Shown: positions 33,313 through 43,401 of the stretch, in pieces | Layout: each line of letters opens with the position of its first letter | Numbering within the stretch: the first letter of the stretch is position 1 | DNA from: a virus | Taxonomy: Duplodnaviria; Caudoviricetes | IMG/VR virus record: IMGVR_UViG_3300025372_000018 | Location: 1 to 43,401 of that record | Length of the DNA: 43,401 nt | Reading direction: 5' to 3' (one strand) | Position numbers and translations under genes: made by a program | The notes under the pieces: model-generated | Seen by the model: the letters and a program-made list of their open reading frames with translations, nothing else | What the model was told of the DNA's origin: nothing | Database searches by the model: none

Positions 33313-36300
33313 ACTTAATCGTCTGTTCCAGAATTTCTTCTTTTTTGTTCTTATAGAAGTTAATCTGTTTGCGTTTTTCGTCTGGAGACATCTGGGATGC
33401 TGGTAGATCCTCAATCCTACGAATCTGGGCATTGATATCAATTAGAGCTTTACCAGCTTGACCAGTAAATCCAGAGGCTTGTATTTCCCCTTTATGGTCG
33501 TTAAACCATTGTTGAGCTTCTTCTGGGTGTCCTTTTTTCATTAAATCTTTGAATGTGCCCATAGCAGTGTCAGAACGGGTCTTCAGGTCGTAGAAGAGGT
33601 CTTCCCTGCCTCGTGGTACTTCAGGAGCTACAAACGAGCCATAGAGGGGATTATTGCGTTCCTCTGGGCTTGCTTTGTGACCAGAGAATAGGTTAGATCC
33701 CCACATCGCAGCAGCAGCCACAGAACCGCCTAATCCACGCATGACGTGATCAGCTTGGATTGGGCTTAACATCCGATGCTCTTGGGAGCCTAGACCGCTG
33801 GCATAGCTAATCCACTTACCTAATTCAGAGGTGCTGCCGTTGTATTGACGGAAGGCAGCCAAGTCTTTCATGGATTGTGGAGTGACGTTACCGCCAGTGT
33901 AGAAGTCATGGTTTAGGGCTATCTCAGCAAATGGCTTGATGGCAGTAGGCACTGGACCCGATCCAAGTGGGCCAAGTAATGCATCCACTGCACCTTCCTT
34001 GAGAGCTTTACGCAATCTAGCATTGTCGATGGCATCTTTAGTACCCTCTTTAGTGATCTTGTTATAGAGCATCTCAGGGATAGACTTAAAGAAATAGCTG
34101 GCAGAAGTATGCATTGGGATGAGCAAGGTATGGTCATAGCCAATTGTCTTCATCATAGAACGAGGGATAACAAAGTTACGCATCTTTGTCTGGTCATCCA
34201 TCTTTTTGTATTCGTCATCATCACCAATCGCAAAGGCATATAACAGGCAAGTAGAAGCCAATAGACCGCTGGCAATAGCCAATCTGGTCATTGCTTGCTG
34301 ACGATCTAATCCTCTTAGACCACCGCTAATACTGGTAATTTTTTGACCTGTGAGCCTTTCTACACCACCAGCAATAGGCTCTGCCAATGCTTGGGTCAGC
34401 ACATCAATCTGCTGGGCATAGGCGTTCATAAACGCAATAGTCCTGTTGAGGAATTGAGCTGTTCTGCCCATGCCACGTTTGTCAAAGTCAATGACGTTAG
34501 TCGCTGCCAAAATTGCTTTACGCTGGTCTCCACCGCTTGGGAAACCGCCAGTCTCTTTCATTACACGCACATAGACGGCTCTACGCTGGGCAAAGTCTGA
34601 GGCATCGGCAATCTGGTCAAGGATGCTGGTCACTCTGGCAAAGGCTGATTTATTCAATAAACCAATTTCTTGCTTGTATTGATGCTCTGCTGTTCTAGCA
34701 CCAGAGTGATAACCGCCAATACCGTAAGACTTGAGCAACTCAACCACTTCATCTTTTTGAGTCAAGCCTTTAGCAAATGAACCAAACACACCGCCAAACA
34801 ATGCTAATGGGTTCTTCACGCCAGTCACGATGGCAGCTGTTGGAGCATCCATGAAAAGCTGTTTAAGCTGGAATACACCAGAGAAAGTAATCGATCTACG
34901 CAAACCGTTAGCAAAGTAAGCCATGATCTCGTTCATTGGAATCTGGATATTCTCAATACCAATCACGGACTGGGCAATCAATGGGTCAGCAATTTGGATG
35001 TTGACCTTTCTGCCACTAATCAAAATCTTAACGATGCCACGAGCTGCATCTTCTTTAGGGAAGACTTTGAGCTTGCCGTTCTCATTACGAGTGCCATACT
35101 CCTGGGCAATACGGTTAGCTGCATAGTTCTTAATGGCGTTACGAGTAGTCACCATGACGTTGTGAAGCATATTGTCTACGATGTCATCGATGTCTAAATC
35201 AACCTTACCTTCTTTGAAACGATGCTCTCTGGCTACGTTCTTGACACCTTTAGAGCTATAGATTGGGGTATGAACGTCTGTTTGATCATCCATAATCCGC
35301 TGCCAAGGCACATAATCTTCGATGTTACGCAAGGTATCAGCACGTTGTTTGCTGATCATGCGAGCTTGTTCCATCATGTCAATCATGTTCTTGTTAACAG
35401 CGTTCCAGTTATCCATCATTTTTCTAAGTTCTGGATACTGTTTGTCTAGCTTGCTAAAGTCATCGATAGCTTCATCGGACATATTGACTTTTTGCAAGGC
35501 AATACCGATGTTTTTAAAGTCTTGTTCGGCATCAGCAATCTTGTCCAAAAGCAATAGCTGACGGTCTGGTGAAGTACTTGGATCCATCTGCTCTGTTCTT
35601 AGCATCTCCAATTCGCCTTCACGCTTGAGGTATTCATCCACAATAGAACGTGAACGCTTGGCTTCAAAGTAGGCTTGGATGACGTTGGCAGCACGTTGAA
35701 CGCCAATTTCTTTCTCTAACTGGTGCTTCAAGGTCAGAATATTAGCCATCGAGAACTTGTCTTGAACGGCATGGAACATCTGATTGGTGTTATCAAAGAC
35801 TAACTTACCCAGCATGATGACCTGAGTACCAATACGAGTAGCCTTCAGAGCTTGGTTCATAGCCACAGAAGCCACAGCACGACCTTCGCTGTCCTCTAAC
35901 ATACGACCATAACGGGTTGCATCGGCAGCTGTCAAACCAGCTGTAAAGTCTGTTGTCTTGATACGAGTAGCCAACACTGCACGATCTAAGTTGCCAACCA
36001 TGTTGTTAACAGCAAGGCGTGGTGACTCGACCATCTTCGCACCAATATTCTTGGCTTCTTGAGCACCGCCCAAGAACTTATCCATCACACCGTTAGAAGT
36101 ATGGATAGGAGCATCATTGCGATTGTGCTTGGCTAGTAACTCATCAGTCTTCTCAACGCTGTAGAGGAACTTAGTCTTATATGGTCCTGAACTAATCAGG
36201 TCTACCAACATGGTCTTATGAGTTCTTGGTGTCTCGCCTTTGATTAAATCATTGAAGGCTTTGTAAACTGAATGGGTATTGTTAAAACCAAACAGCTTCT

Positions 36301-39300
36301 TCATTGCCTCAAATACTTGACGGATGGCGTTAACATAACGACCCCAAGGAGTTCCCATACGAGTGCCAAATAGCTTTTCAGCGTTGACAGCCCAGAACTC
36401 TGATGGATTGATGTATTGGTACATATCCTGTGAAGGCAACAACTCCATCGCCTTTTCAAAGTTCTTCTCGCTTGGATCGTTGACGTAATCGATTACCGCC
36501 ATGAAATACTTTTGAGACACTTCATCAGTGTTCTTCTTGATGGCTTTCTCAAGGGCTGCTCTCCAAGATTCAACAATTGCTTGCTGGGTCTGTGGATCCA
36601 TCATCTGCTCAAGTGTATGCATCAACTCATGTCGAATAGTGCCAGGATTAACAGCTCCTGATTCCTTGTATAGCCTGACGATACGCTCTAGATTATTAAA
36701 TACGCCAGCAGCTGTGTAGGCTGCGTTCTGTGGGGCTTGCTTAACGGATAAGCGTAGACCAGTCAGGATAGCTGGGGATTGTCTGTAGATGTATTGGATA
36801 ACGTCTAAGACATCCTTGCTGATATTGCCTTTGTTGTATTCGTTAAGGGCACGAGCCATAAACGCTTCAGGCGTAATCTTCTTCTCAGCAGTCATCTTCT
36901 TGTCGGCTGCCAACTCTTTAGCAAGCTGATCAAGGTAAGTTAACTCACGCTGAGTATTGATTGTGGTCTCGCCTTTGATGACTTCACGCTTAATCTTGGT
37001 AATGCCACGCCTTACACGAGCCAACTCATCTGTTTTAGCTTTGTGAATCTGGGCAATTTGCTCTCTTAGATTTTTAGGAATCACGCTTGGATTTAGCTTT
37101 GGAATATGAGCGTAATTGGTTAAAGTAAATCCATCTTCATGGGCTTTACGGTCATATTCAATAGCTTTAGCAGGACTTAAAATACCGTTCTCTGATTCAG
37201 CACCGTTGTAATAATCAATAGCAACTGGCAAGTATTTAAAGCCTAGCTCTTTTGCTGCCATGATTCGATGGTTTCCTTCATTTACATAAGGAGTGCCATC
37301 TTGGTAAACATTGATATATGGGGTGTAATGGGTTTTACCATCTTTCTCAAATGGCAAATGGTTTTTCTCGCCCATGTAATCCATTAAGGATTTCAAATCT
37401 GCAACTCTTACATTGCGTTGCTCATCATTTATACCTTGCATTTTTGCAAGAACATCAACTGGAACAAGCATTTTGCGAACTGGTGAGTTTGTTACACCCT
37501 CTTTTGTTCTGAAATAAGCTGTTGCAGAACCAAATCTATATGGAACGCCATATGATTTTCTGCCATCTTCCCTAGATAATTGACGTTTGTGTTCTAGCCA
37601 ATTTCCACCTGGGTTATCTGTAATCATATAAACAGGAGGAACTTTTGGCTGATACATCACGCTTGGAGTAACAGTCGCTTTGGGTGGAGCAAACATCTCT
37701 CTGGCTTTGTCTCTAGGACTAGAGGCAATCAGAGTGTCACCACGCTCATTCAGGATAAAGTCAATCGCTTTGGCAGCCTGTTGCTCATTACCTCTGGCAT
37801 ACATAGTGTTGCCAGACTTATAGAAGTCACTAGTAATATCAGTCAAACCTCGGTCTAGGAAGTATGTACCGCCTTCTTTCTTAGAGCTTGGGACATTGAA
37901 TTGATACTGGTTGCCATAGCTAGACTTGGTAATCCGCAATACATTATCGGCAGAAGTAATTACACCGTTTACTTCATTCATAAACCGCATAGCATCGGCA
38001 GCTGACCGCAGACGGATAGGAGCTTCACGAGCAGCCTTTTCAAAGTCATAAGTGCGTGGCATGAGAATACCCTGACCAGTAGTGCCGTCAGCTTTGGTAT
38101 AGCTCATAATCTGACCCTGATTCTTTACCGCATCAGAAGCAAATCCAGCCAAAATATTGCCTGTAACCATCCAGCGTTTCTCACGCCTGACGTTAGAACC
38201 TTTGTCAAACAAGTCAGTTAACGGAATGTTCTCTGCTTGCTGGGTATCTGGGTTGTACCAGTTAATGTAATTCTCTTGGTTTAATTGATAAGTGCTGCCA
38301 ATCTGGGAGAAGTTAATCGTAATGGCTTTTGCATCACCGTTAGCCAAAGCAATATGCATTTTCCAGTCTGAGCCAGCAACAGGGTTAGCAGTCTTCTTTT
38401 TATTTTCTAAATCAGTCACAACACCATAGACAAAGATGCCTTGGTTATTCTTAATAGAAATTGGCTGACCTACTGCATAGTTTTCCAAAATAGACTTGAT
38501 GTGCTGATACTGAAGATTTAATTGACCCTTGGCAGCATCAATACGGACTTCATCTGCACCTTTTTCTTTCAGGTTCTCAATTTGTTTTCTACCGTATTCG
38601 GCTGCACGTTCTCTTACACCATCCATGAGCTTGTCAACTTTTTGGCGTTGTGTTCCACCTTCCAAGTTCTCACTCACCATTTCCTGAACTTCTTGTTTGG
38701 TGTATGGCTTAACAGTACGTTTAACGTCTACCTTTTCCATGTAAGCTGGTTGAGCAAACAAGGATGGATCACCTTTATCTGGGGTAATAGGCACGGCTGA
38801 TAGAGTCTCAGCATCAAGGTCAACAGCTTTAGCTTCGAGCTTATTGGTTCCCATGCTGTTCTCACGCTCAACTAAATCGTTGTAACGATCAATCAGATCC
38901 TTATAAATTTCTTCCTGTTCTTTAATTGGCAGGATAGGAATGTAGCCAGTCAATCTACGGATATCATCTTCTTTAGCATCGGTTGGGTCTTCTATAAGAT
39001 CTACAACCTTTTTACCGCCAATAGCTTCGTGAACCTCTGGGTTATCACGCAAGTATTCCTGTGCAATCTGACCACCGTAGTCATTCATAAAGTCCACAGC
39101 ACCTTCGGCTGTAACGGCAGACTTACGGGAAGCTGTCGTATTGGCGTTCAAGGAAGCCATCTTCTTGAGCAATACCGCAGCTGGCCTCATCTCCGCTGGG
39201 ATGTCAGCCATCATTTGTGAGTAAGCTGGAGCTACAACTTGACCAGTACGATGCACACGACCAAGCATCTGCATATGGGTATCAATGTTCTTTTCAGGCT

Positions 39301-42300
39301 GAACAATGATCATGTGGCGTTTGCGTTGATCTTTAAAGCTAGAGGATGCGTGTAATGACAAGCCAGTAGAACCAGCTTGGTTCAGGATAATGACATCGGC
39401 TGTGCCATTGTTAAATGCACGAACAGCACCAACACGCTGTTTAATATTGGCAGAACGAGAAGTAAGGATTGGTGTGCCACTCTCATAGTTAAGGGTCACT
39501 GTACGACCAGTAATCTCTTCTGTCTTATACCCAGCTTTACGCAACTCATTGTGCATATAGTCAATTGGGGAGATTGGAGCTGAACCAAAACCAGCATTTT
39601 CAATAAATGTCTTAATTTGGTTATAGGCTGCCAAACGCTCTGGACCAAGATCTTGATCGGTCATACGGTATTGTTGTACGCCATTCGGTCCTTTGATCTT
39701 GAGCATCCGTTGCTTTTCCAAGTAACGCAGATACAGATCTTTAAAGGTCAGATTGACTGGATCACCTACGTTGATGCCCATTTCATCAGCATAACTTTGT
39801 AAGAATGAACCCATCGTATTGGAAACGGTCATTACGACCTTCTCGCCATTCTTTAGGCTTTCCACAGCGTGTTTGATAGAGTCCTGGGCTTTTAATGACA
39901 AAAGCATCTGGTCAATCAAGTTATGCATGATGGCACCAAAGTTTGCACTTTGGATCTGGGTCTTCTCACCTTCGATACTTGCTCTACCGCCAGACTTGTC
40001 AAACTCCTTTTGCATCTCTTTGACAACGGCTTCTTTAGAACGGGAGAACGCCAAGATGTCACGCATCGAGGTAGCCATGTTCTCAGCTGTCTGCTTATCG
40101 ACCTTTGTCTCTTGGGTCTGATAACTTACACCAGCAAAGGTTCTTTCCCTGCGAATATATTGACCGACTTTGGTCAGCATATTGGCAACAATCTGTTGCA
40201 TTGGAATACCGCCTAGCTTGATGGCATCGGCTAATTCATTGATGTTATCAACCGCTAACTTCATGTCTGTGCTGGAATACAAGTCCATCACATCAGGGCG
40301 TTTAGCGTAGGTAGCTGACGAGAAGAACGTACCAAAGGCGTTATCTACCAAGTCACGGACAAAGGCTGCACGACCAGTGGCTAGGCTCTTGCCTTCCTTT
40401 TGGGATTCTCTTTGTTCTTTGCTACGGGCTTGGGTTTCACCAGCACCACCAGCGTTATGACTTTCGTCAAAAATCATGTAGTTGCCAAGACCAAACGATT
40501 TAATAAAGCGTTGGCGTTCTGTTTCGTTTTTCTTAACAGCTTGCAACTGGCTATAGGTAGTAAAGATTACCTTGTAATCGCCAAGGCTTTCTTTCTCTTG
40601 CATACCCTTCATCATCTCGTCTAATGCTTTGCCAGTCTTAGGAGCTTTGAGGGTAAGGTTGTTTTCTGTTACTTCGCCATTAACAGTGCGGAGCAAGGTA
40701 TAAGGAATAGATTCACTAGAGTTAGTGATAAAGATGCGTGGTTTGGCTGTATCTAGTCCTAACTCTTTGGTCATACCGATATCATCCAAGTCACGGATCA
40801 TGTCGGAGTAAAGGTTTGGCTTCTCTGTAACAAAGATAGGTACTTTGTCATTCTCGATGGCGTACTTGATCATCGCAGCAACAACACGACCTTTACCAAT
40901 ACCAGTCTGGTCTCCAATAATGAAGCCTTTGCCAGCTTCAGCATTACGGATAGCCAAAACCAAGGCATCAATTTGTTCAGCGGAGAACTTCTCACGCAGG
41001 GTCTCTGGATCCATGTGCAGGGCTTCTGCTACATATTCATCCACATCACCGACTTCACGCTCTACGGCTGAAATAGAGTTATCAATGGATTCTGCCATTG
41101 CTTTAGGAACAAGCGTTCCTACAGAAGCAGCTTGTGAATGAGGCTCGTAACCTACTTGATGACCAGTTTCTGTTTCCTGACCTCTACGGTCTTTTAATCC
41201 AGACTCGACTCGTGTACCTGAGACAACGCTAGGTCCACCCACTGGGCTAGGCTCGTTTCCTGCAATGCCTTTTCTGCCACTGGGTTGCTGCTCTCCACCT
41301 TCGCTGGGAACGGGTCCTCGATTGATGCCACGTTCAGGTTCGTTAGCAAGTCTAGGTTGTCCTGCACTAACACCTGCCCCAGCTGGTTCGGGTTGTCCAC
41401 GTTTGCTAGGCTCATTCTCAGACACGCCTCGTCTGCCGCCTTCTGTGGGTCGCTCTCCTTCAGCACCAGCTTCACGACCTTGTCCGCTAGGGCGTTCACC
41501 CACTGGTTCTGGTTTAGGCTCCCCTGCGGTACGCTCACTGACGTTAGTTCTGGTGGGGCTGACATTTTCTCTGGAAACCACGCTAGGTTCATTTAACTTC
41601 TCCTTGAGTTCTTCGTATGAGGTAATTTGCTGTGGGAGTTCCGCAGCTGGTAAGGCTCTTTGTGACTGACCTTTTCCATCAATAACAATGACATCTACAG
41701 GGTAAGAAGCTCCCTGTTTACTGTACATATCCCCAGCTACGGAGAAATGGTCAACTACGTTGTAATCTTTGTAGAGGTTGTAATAAAACTCTCGTTTTGC
41801 TTTTTGACGATATCCTTCACGCCTTGCATCTTCGCCTTCAGCACGAACACCGCCTAGGATCAATACGGCTCTGCCATTAGCTGGCATATCATTTAAAGCT
41901 TTGTATGAAATAGCATGATCTATTTCTCTAGTGGTTTTTCCATAAACATGAAATTCTTCGCCAATAGAACCAAAAGGAGGGTTGGCAATGACTACATCGA
42001 CAGGATTTATGGATTTAAGAACTGCATTTTCATTAGATACTTTTGCACCTGGAAGCACCTTTTTGAGCATTTCATAACGGCTAGTATTGAGTTCGTTCAC
42101 CGTAACATTGTTAGGGTTAGAAGCTATCAACAACATTCCGTTACCGCCAGTAGGCTCGTAAACCGTTGTTTTATCAGTAATTCCTGCTAGTTGCGATGCA
42201 ACATAAGCCAATGGAGCTGGGGTGGAATAAGCCTGTTCTCTAACACTGGTAGAACTTCTGACAGCCAAATTAGGCTGACGGTTGTATAGATTTACCAAGC

Positions 42301-43401
42301 CATCATAGATTTCGCTTGGCTTTCTGTTCTTATGGGCAATGTTCTGGGCAGCCAATACGACACCCACTTCCACAGCCTCATCAGCTTGTTTGGCAGCCAT
42401 CGTGCCAGCTTCAATCTTTTGACCAGTCAAATCGGCAATGAATCTACGGGCTTCGTTGATATCTTTAAAGCCTAGACCACCCATGAAATGCTTAGAAATA
42501 GCTTGTGCAATATGGAACTTGCCATCTTCTGTATTGAGGTCAAGAGTACCTTTTGGCTCTTCAGCCTTTTCTAGCTCATCCAAAGATTCAACTTCAACCA
42601 CTTCTTTCTTGGAGCTGGCTTCTGGATAGTTAGCAGACATACCAATATAAGCACCTTGTAGGTGATTAAGATTGATTTTGTCAGCAACGTCTTTACCAAA
42701 CTTCTCAAGAATCATGTCCCTGACAAACTTGGCAGCCTGTTTGAACTTGTGATAGCCCATACGGAACGCAGCATCCATTAACCTAGTAAGGATAGGCATC
42801 AAGCGTTGCTCATCCTCTGGCATCATATTCATACGGGTTGGCTTAGTAGCCAGCCATGCGAGATCTGCTAATGCATCCTCTAGGTCTTGTTTGGCTTGCG
42901 CTTCAGGAGATAGATTCTCTGGGGCAACAGTAGGCGCTGCTATAGGAGCTTCTGCACCAGTTATTTGAGGAATAAACTTGGCAAATAAGGCTTTTTGGTC
43001 TTCAGCACTCATGCTAGGAGCCATTGGCTTCTTAGCTTCACGAATGTTATTAAGCAACTGATTACCTTTTGGTAATAGCTCTAACTTGCCATTTGGATTC
43101 TCTTTAACCAGTTCATTTGCTTTCAAAAGCTTAATAGCATCTTCAGAAGCAATAGCTGGATTAGGTTTTTCATTGTTCATTGCATAGATAATTCCTTGAT
43201 GGAATTCGTGCAATGGAACTTCTTCTGCATTTACACCACGCAACTCTTTTTCTGTTGCTTTCTCTTGAGGTGTCTTTGCCCTTTGTGCAGCTTGGCGTTC
43301 TTGGTTTATTTGAGCTTGAGTTTTTTCCTCAGTTTCTGGTGCAACTTCTTCAGCTGCTGCTTCAGTTTCTGCAACAGGCTTTTCTTCAGTGGGAACTTCG
43401 G
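33290..43401 (-). CDS. Giant polyvalent (DarB-like) protein: N6-adenine MTase, Strawberry-notch SF2 helicase, ParB-like, zincin, LPD38-like; 5' end outside window
   Basis: Frame stays open past 43243 to the window end; EPTGGNG and ANPPF; GDQTGIGKGR, DESH, SSAT, QMLGRVHR; EGNHR; HELMH...EFWA. Confidence 0.88.
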   Translation of the reverse strand, partial: EVPTEEKPVAETEAAAEEVAPETEEKTQAQINQERQAAQRAKTPQEKATEKELRGVNAEEVPLHEFHQGIIYAMNNEKPNPAIASEDAIKLLKANELVKENPNGKLELLPKGNQLLNNIREAKKPMAPSMSAEDQKALFAKFIPQITGAEAPIAAPTVAPENLSPEAQAKQDLEDALADLAWLATKPTRMNMMPEDEQRLMPILTRLMDAAFRMGYHKFKQAAKFVRDMILEKFGKDVADKINLNHLQGAYIGMSANYPEASSKKEVVEVESLDELEKAEEPKGTLDLNTEDGKFHIAQAISKHFMGGLGFKDINEARRFIADLTGQKIEAGTMAAKQADEAVEVGVVLAAQNIAHKNRKPSEIYDGLVNLYNRQPNLAVRSSTSVREQAYSTPAPLAYVASQLAGITDKTTVYEPTGGNGMLLIASNPNNVTVNELNTSRYEMLKKVLPGAKVSNENAVLKSINPVDVVIANPPFGSIGEEFHVYGKTTREIDHAISYKALNDMPANGRAVLILGGVRAEGEDARREGYRQKAKREFYYNLYKDYNVVDHFSVAGDMYSKQGASYPVDVIVIDGKGQSQRALPAAELPQQITSYEELKEKLNEPSVVSRENVSPTRTNVSERTAGEPKPEPVGERPSGQGREAGAEGERPTEGGRRGVSENEPSKRGQPEPAGAGVSAGQPRLANEPERGINRGPVPSEGGEQQPSGRKGIAGNEPSPVGGPSVVSGTRVESGLKDRRGQETETGHQVGYEPHSQAASVGTLVPKAMAESIDNSISAVEREVGDVDEYVAEALHMDPETLREKFSAEQIDALVLAIRNAEAGKGFIIGDQTGIGKGRVVAAMIKYAIENDKVPIFVTEKPNLYSDMIRDLDDIGMTKELGLDTAKPRIFITNSSESIPYTLLRTVNGEVTENNLTLKAPKTGKALDEMMKGMQEKESLGDYKVIFTTYSQLQAVKKNETERQRFIKSFGLGNYMIFDESHNAGGAGETQARSKEQRESQKEGKSLATGRAAFVRDLVDNAFGTFFSSATYAKRPDVMDLYSSTDMKLAVDNINELADAIKLGGIPMQQIVANMLTKVGQYIRRERTFAGVSYQTQETKVDKQTAENMATSMRDILAFSRSKEAVVKEMQKEFDKSGGRASIEGEKTQIQSANFGAIMHNLIDQMLLSLKAQDSIKHAVESLKNGEKVVMTVSNTMGSFLQSYADEMGINVGDPVNLTFKDLYLRYLEKQRMLKIKGPNGVQQYRMTDQDLGPERLAAYNQIKTFIENAGFGSAPISPIDYMHNELRKAGYKTEEITGRTVTLNYESGTPILTSRSANIKQRVGAVRAFNNGTADVIILNQAGSTGLSLHASSSFKDQRKRHMIIVQPEKNIDTHMQMLGRVHRTGQVVAPAYSQMMADIPAEMRPAAVLLKKMASLNANTTASRKSAVTAEGAVDFMNDYGGQIAQEYLRDNPEVHEAIGGKKVVDLIEDPTDAKEDDIRRLTGYIPILPIKEQEEIYKDLIDRYNDLVERENSMGTNKLEAKAVDLDAETLSAVPITPDKGDPSLFAQPAYMEKVDVKRTVKPYTKQEVQEMVSENLEGGTQRQKVDKLMDGVRERAAEYGRKQIENLKEKGADEVRIDAAKGQLNLQYQHIKSILENYAVGQPISIKNNQGIFVYGVVTDLENKKKTANPVAGSDWKMHIALANGDAKAITINFSQIGSTYQLNQENYINWYNPDTQQAENIPLTDLFDKGSNVRREKRWMVTGNILAGFASDAVKNQGQIMSYTKADGTTGQGILMPRTYDFEKAAREAPIRLRSAADAMRFMNEVNGVITSADNVLRITKSSYGNQYQFNVPSSKKEGGTYFLDRGLTDITSDFYKSGNTMYARGNEQQAAKAIDFILNERGDTLIASSPRDKAREMFAPPKATVTPSVMYQPKVPPVYMITDNPGGNWLEHKRQLSREDGRKSYGVPYRFGSATAYFRTKEGVTNSPVRKMLVPVDVLAKMQGINDEQRNVRVADLKSLMDYMGEKNHLPFEKDGKTHYTPYINVYQDGTPYVNEGNHRIMAAKELGFKYLPVAIDYYNGAESENGILSPAKAIEYDRKAHEDGFTLTNYAHIPKLNPSVIPKNLREQIAQIHKAKTDELARVRRGITKIKREVIKGETTINTQRELTYLDQLAKELAADKKMTAEKKITPEAFMARALNEYNKGNISKDVLDVIQYIYRQSPAILTGLRLSVKQAPQNAAYTAAGVFNNLERIVRLYKESGAVNPGTIRHELMHTLEQMMDPQTQQAIVESWRAALEKAIKKNTDEVSQKYFMAVIDYVNDPSEKNFEKAMELLPSQDMYQYINPSEFWAVNAEKLFGTRMGTPWGRYVNAIRQVFEAMKKLFGFNNTHSVYKAFNDLIKGETPRTHKTMLVDLISSGPYKTKFLYSVEKTDELLAKHNRNDAPIHTSNGVMDKFLGGAQEAKNIGAKMVESPRLAVNNMVGNLDRAVLATRIKTTDFTAGLTAADATRYGRMLEDSEGRAVASVAMNQALKATRIGTQVIMLGKLVFDNTNQMFHAVQDKFSMANILTLKHQLEKEIGVQRAANVIQAYFEAKRSRSIVDEYLKREGELEMLRTEQMDPSTSPDRQLLLLDKIADAEQDFKNIGIALQKVNMSDEAIDDFSKLDKQYPELRKMMDNWNAVNKNMIDMMEQARMISKQRADTLRNIEDYVPWQRIMDDQTDVHTPIYSSKGVKNVAREHRFKEGKVDLDIDDIVDNMLHNVMVTTRNAIKNYAANRIAQEYGTRNENGKLKVFPKEDAARGIVKILISGRKVNIQIADPLIAQSVIGIENIQIPMNEIMAYFANGLRRSITFSGVFQLKQLFMDAPTAAIVTGVKNPLALFGGVFGSFAKGLTQKDEVVELLKSYGIGGYHSGARTAEHQYKQEIGLLNKSAFARVTSILDQIADASDFAQRRAVYVRVMKETGGFPSGGDQRKAILAATNVIDFDKRGMGRTAQFLNRTIAFMNAYAQQIDVLTQALAEPIAGGVERLTGQKITSISGGLRGLDRQQAMTRLAIASGLLASTCLLYAFAIGDDDEYKKMDDQTKMRNFVIPRSMMKTIGYDHTLLIPMHTSASYFFKSIPEMLYNKITKEGTKDAIDNARLRKALKEGAVDALLGPLGSGPVPTAIKPFAEIALNHDFYTGGNVTPQSMKDLAAFRQYNGSTSELGKWISYASGLGSQEHRMLSPIQADHVMRGLGGSVAAAAMWGSNLFSGHKASPEERNNPLYGSFVAPEVPRGREDLFYDLKTRSDTAMGTFKDLMKKGHPEEAQQWFNDHKGEIQASGFTGQAGKALIDINAQIRRIEDLPASQMSPDEKRKQINFYKNKKEEILEQTIKFRLSAGL
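37080..37667. repeat. 12-bp direct repeat ATCACGCTTGGA bracketing the ParB-like domain
   Basis: Copies at 37080-37091 and 37656-37667, both in frame (PSVI and PSVM). Confidence 0.6.
41194..41592 (-). CDS. Nested out-of-frame gene inside the giant protein linker
   Basis: AAGGAG (41600-41605) 7 nt before ATG; 132-aa amphipathic-helical sequence. Confidence 0.65.
   Translation of the reverse strand: MNLAWFPEKMSAPPELTSVSVPQGSLNQNQWVNALADKVVKLVLKESDPQKAADEACLRMSLANVDNPNQLGQVLVQDNLDLLTNLNVASIEDPFPAKVESSNPVAEKALQETSLAQWVDLALSQVHESSLD

Noticed and set aside
33919-42629. Other ORFs overlapping the giant gene
   Set aside because: Antisense or short shadow frames with no SD support; only 41194-41592 has independent evidence
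43241-43243. TTG as the start of the giant protein
   Set aside because: The frame has no stop up to the window end, so the true start is upstream

Overview
Part of a tailed dsDNA phage (Caudoviricetes) genome, open at both ends. No tape-measure, integrase, DNA polymerase, tRNA or CRISPR array is recognisable in the window. There are four blocks. (1) 1-15.9 kb, minus strand: morphogenesis operon with TerS-like, TerL, portal, GroES-like, scaffold, decoration, major capsid and adaptor genes, plus a cluster of small Lys/His-rich proteins carrying [MFY]xxGG motifs. (2) 16.3-23.15 kb, plus strand: a divergent array of about 25 small, mostly acidic early/host-takeover-type ORFs. (3) 23.1-33.3 kb, mostly minus strand: replication/recombination genes (TOPRIM primase, SF2 helicase, ParB-like, ERF, PD-(D/E)XK nuclease, RusA). 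(4) 33.3 kb to the end, minus strand: a >3370-aa polyvalent protein (N6-MTase, Strawberry-notch helicase, ParB-like, HExxH zincin, LPD38-like) with a nested overprinted gene. The main discovery is an RNA-level regulatory layer. Three intact type I hammerhead ribozymes sit between early genes, each cleaving 7-9 nt upstream of a conserved (A)ACTGCTAGG(AG) box that overlaps the Shine-Dalgarno. The same box sits at the predicted 5' ends of two promoter-driven transcripts and before the ParB-like gene. A separately promoted and terminated ~140-nt sRNA (27084-27225, minus) presents the exact antisense (CCUAGCAGUU) around an apical loop. Two further structured non-coding RNA candidates are present (6320-6402 and 26710-27045). 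All assignments come from motif reading and by-eye folding; no searches were run.
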